This document shows, piece after piece, positions 60,523-64,000 of a stretch of DNA of 64,000 bases; position 1 is the stretch's first letter; each line of letters begins with the position of its first letter. The translations under genes and the position numbers were made by a program. Below the pieces are notes generated by a model. That model made no database searches and was not told the DNA's origin. It saw only the letters and a list, made by a program, of their open reading frames with translations. The stretch comes from Laetmonice hystrix (lineage: Eukaryota): contig OZ249437.1 of assembly GCA_965235115.1 (NCBI GenBank), forward strand, positions 29,078,001 to 29,142,000, given 5' to 3'.

Positions 60523-63500
60523 GTAAGTGTGATACAACCTTTTTACCATGCAAGGCCAATTGTCTCACCTTTCCCCCTCCCCCGTAACAATCTTCACCAT
60601 TTAGCCTTCCACCTAAACCTCTCATGTCTTCAGTCCAATACCTGATTTTTGAAGATACTTCCGGTAATCATTGTAAATTTCTTGTTGAATTCTTTGAAGT
60701 GATCAGAAAAATAGTGAGATTTTATTTGAAAACGGTTGTTTTTTTTTAAAATGGGCTGGATACCATTTAGCCCGTGTACAAATTTGGGGCTTTGGGACTT
60801 TCAAAACCCGTTTTGCATGTCTTTTACAAAATATTTAAATTCGCCATTTTATTAATTATTATGGCATTAAGTCCGCGGACCTTTGCATAACGCAATTAAA
60901 CAAGAGCAGAAACTTTTAAACCGTCACGTTATTCATGTGACAGGGGATTGACTTTAATAAGTGACACTAAAATTTGATCGGTGAGGATTGCTTTCTGTTG
61001 TGTGCAAATTGGCCTTGCTTGGACTGACAATGTGTACGATAATCATCCAAAGTTAACAAGGTGTTGGATTTGTCCATCTGGTAAAATCTTGACAGATCCA
61101 CAGCAGTGAAATGCATGCCATGTGACATTTGTCAGCAAAGTGATATTGTCTGGTTGAGGCCATATGCACCTGTCGCAAAGATTTGATATAAGAAAAACAA
61201 ATATCATACTATCGGTAGTATATTATTTACGATCAATAGTTCGGGATATGTTCAAAAGTTACCAGTTATCATGTTGATTTTATTTGGAACAGTCATTTTT
61301 TATGAGTAAATTGCAAATATGAATTTATAAATTAAAGAAATTAGATGGATGTCTGCCACCAATTTGAAGCTTTTAACAAAGGTTGAATGCAATATACAGC
61401 AGAGCAAGACATGCAGGCTTTACAGTTCAACGGTAAGATGGCATGATATTAGCTACATAACTGACTAACTCTGTAAGTATGAAAAGCTCTCAGCATGTTA
61501 ACACGACTTAAAGGACTAACATAGCATTGGTGATTATTTGAATGAATAAAACTAGTGAACACCCTGCAAGAGGACATGAAGTTGCACTTTTTGCAGTGTT
61601 TGGGTCATTCGACCTCTTACTCTTAGCCTACTCGTGCGGGTCTACAATATTATAACGACTTAATGCATTGATGAGACTAACGTAGAGTATACCAGTTTCT
61701 GCTTATACATGTATGTTATATAGCCAAAGCTAGAAATATTGCATGGCGAATAACACTATTTTCTCCTAATGTATACTAGTATGTGTATGTTAGTACCCTT
61801 AAAAAAGAAATGGATGCTGCATTGAATCAGCTCAGATTTAAATCAACATACAACTGACCCGTATCGATAATCAACATAATTTTTATTCACAATCCATGAC
61901 AACTTTGTGAGATGTCTATTCGATGGTTTCTGAACAGATTCTCTTGATGTCTATTCATCAGTGCCTCCTGTGTGAATTAATGCAGTGACACTGCACATAG
62001 CGACGTAACACCATCTCTGTGGTCTTCACTGTTTCATACCAGTATTTTATTAGATAAGCATTATGCATTAAGTCTGGGCGTTCGGGATAGAGAAATGATG
62101 GTTGATGTGCAAAAACTTCTTGATTACTTCTGTTTCTTACTCTCAAAATCTGTTATGATATCCATTTCGACTTTGAGCGCCTTACATACATATTTCGCAA
62201 ACACAAGTTGATGCATAGGGTAATGATATGAAATAGATGCAGATGGCATGTATTATGATGATAGGTACTCCATTAAAAATGCTTGGTTATGCTGAATGAT
62301 TAGCGGTTGGGTTACAAAATGCTTATGGTAGACCGTTTTGCCGCATAACAGTTGTGACAGGTGCATTCGGTTTGGCCTCAATGTGTTTGTTTGTGAGGCC
62401 ACATACGGTCTTCTTCATGTTTGGTACCTACAAGATACTTGTCGCCTCACTGTGTGTAGTTACGGCCATGCCGTACACACTGCACATACTGACGATGACT
62501 ACAACACTGGTTCAGGCGCATACCTATAACATGGGACAGTAGATGAAGTCGACACTAACCATATCGCAGGAGTACTGTTGCATCCGAAAAAAGTATTGGA
62601 GCATTAGGCGTTTCATTTACTGCTATACTGCACTAGGGAAAGGTATTCTAACGTGTGGCGCTTTGTATTACACCACCAATGTGGCCCTGTGCTGTAGCCC
62701 CCTGCTCGACACTGTTGTGTACATGTTGTCAAGGCTTCTATCCTTTCCTGCTTTCCGACCATCTCCTTACCTAAAAACCATATGTTTATACCAAAAGGCG
62801 TGTCCCTTCATCCCACCTTGCATTATAAACCCAAACCCCAACAGGCTACAAAAGCGGGCGTGCTGACATGTAATATACACCACCTCTGTGCTTCCTAAAT
62901 ACTGAAGATACTAGTACATGAAGTGCAGGATTTTTCATTGAATGTGGACGACTTTCTCTGAAGCCGCTTCAAACATTTGTTCGGTCAGAAAATAAATAAA
63001 TAATTAAGTATCATCATGTTGACTACCCGATGGCAATATTGCTTTACTTTCAAGATAAATTAGATATCAGTGAGAGAAATAAGAAGGCTTTATGAGTCTG
63101 AAGTCCTGCAACCTTGATCATTTTTGTAATTGGCTCTAATCTAGTCTGCCTTTTTTGTACATGTTAATGCTTTCTCTTTGATCTGATCATTTAAAGGAAG
63201 TGCATTATTATAATGTTGACTATCTGTACACAGAGTCTGATTGCGAAGCCTTCTATAGATAATATGGCTTATTTTGTTTTGCATGTAAAAAGTTTGTAGT
63301 CCAATGGAGCACACCATAACCGGGTTTTATAATGTTCTGTGTACAAAAGGAACAAAACGAAATTGCCTCTTGCTTTGTCTAGCTCTATGACGTCCTGCTA
63401 AAAAGTGAATATCTATATATTACTTTTGGAATGAAACTGCAAGCACTCAGAAAAATAAGTTCAGTTTAAGACAAATGTCTGACTTTTCCCCTGCTTAAGG

Positions 63501-64000
63501 GTACTCACGAAGCTCACCCTTTTACATGAAAGGTGAATATTTTTTATCTTTGACTGTTAAAAGAACGAACAACCAAACAATCACACACGAAAATAATTTA
63601 CAGATAAAACTCTAAAAGTAGTTACCCAAGGTAGAGATCACTTGTGCAGAAATACCTGGTAGCTTTAACTATGTGACGGAGCAGCATGCTGTTTTCTGTT
63701 TTTCCCAAACTCAAGGTGGCCCATGTAATAGGTACAATTGGTATAAACAAGGTAAGCGGAAAGGATGCCATACACAGCAGCTAATGTACCTTTCAACTTC
63801 AAATGCTGTACCTGCTTATCCCCTTGTCCTTATATACCTCAGTCCAGTTACTCTATTGTAGACTGCCAAACGGCATGGCTGTGAGGTCCTTCGTTTGGTA
63901 CAGAAGAACCGCCGCTCTCAACTCTGGCATGCGGAGTGACTCTTTTGACTTTCCTGAACTTTACGTGTGTAAATATTGTACCTAAAAATACGGATGGTGA

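Noticed and set aside
61400-61432. Candidate 33-nt phase 1-1 exon (PEQDMQALQFN, g|gtaaga)
   Set aside because: Frame-compatible, but there is no pyrimidine tract and no homology support; needs RNA-seq.
62435-62529. Candidate terminal exon ending TDDDYNTGSGAYL*
   Set aside because: The only phase-compatible acceptor is an unusual AAG, and there is no homology evidence.

Overview
Animal (invertebrate-like, roughly 40% GC by eye) genomic DNA with no prokaryotic features. The window is dominated by one large plus-strand multi-exon gene, an SCY1-like pseudokinase of the SCYL2 group (pseudokinase domain followed by HEAT-repeat-like helices). I traced it by hand through 14 core exons from 15010 to 60522 (1801 nt, 600 codons, all phases compatible, GT-AG introns). 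The start and stop codons were not found, so the model is partial at both ends. The most interesting feature is an extra 87-nt frame-preserving exon (59838-59924) with a GC donor. It is a diverged tandem duplicate of the next exon's 5' half (RKSIDMRC-TYDLPK vs RKSLDMRYQTYDPPK), and many of its differences are synonymous, so it probably adds a second RRxS motif by alternative splicing. Nearby are a stop-free 225-nt intron with an in-frame alternative donor and UGCAUG motifs at two acceptors. The rest of the window is intronic or upstream sequence containing minisatellites (53, 41, 65, 41 and 59 bp units), several MITE-like elements, decayed retroelement fragments and a housekeeping-promoter-like motif cluster near 9.1 kb. 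Most ORFs in the supplied track are spurious.
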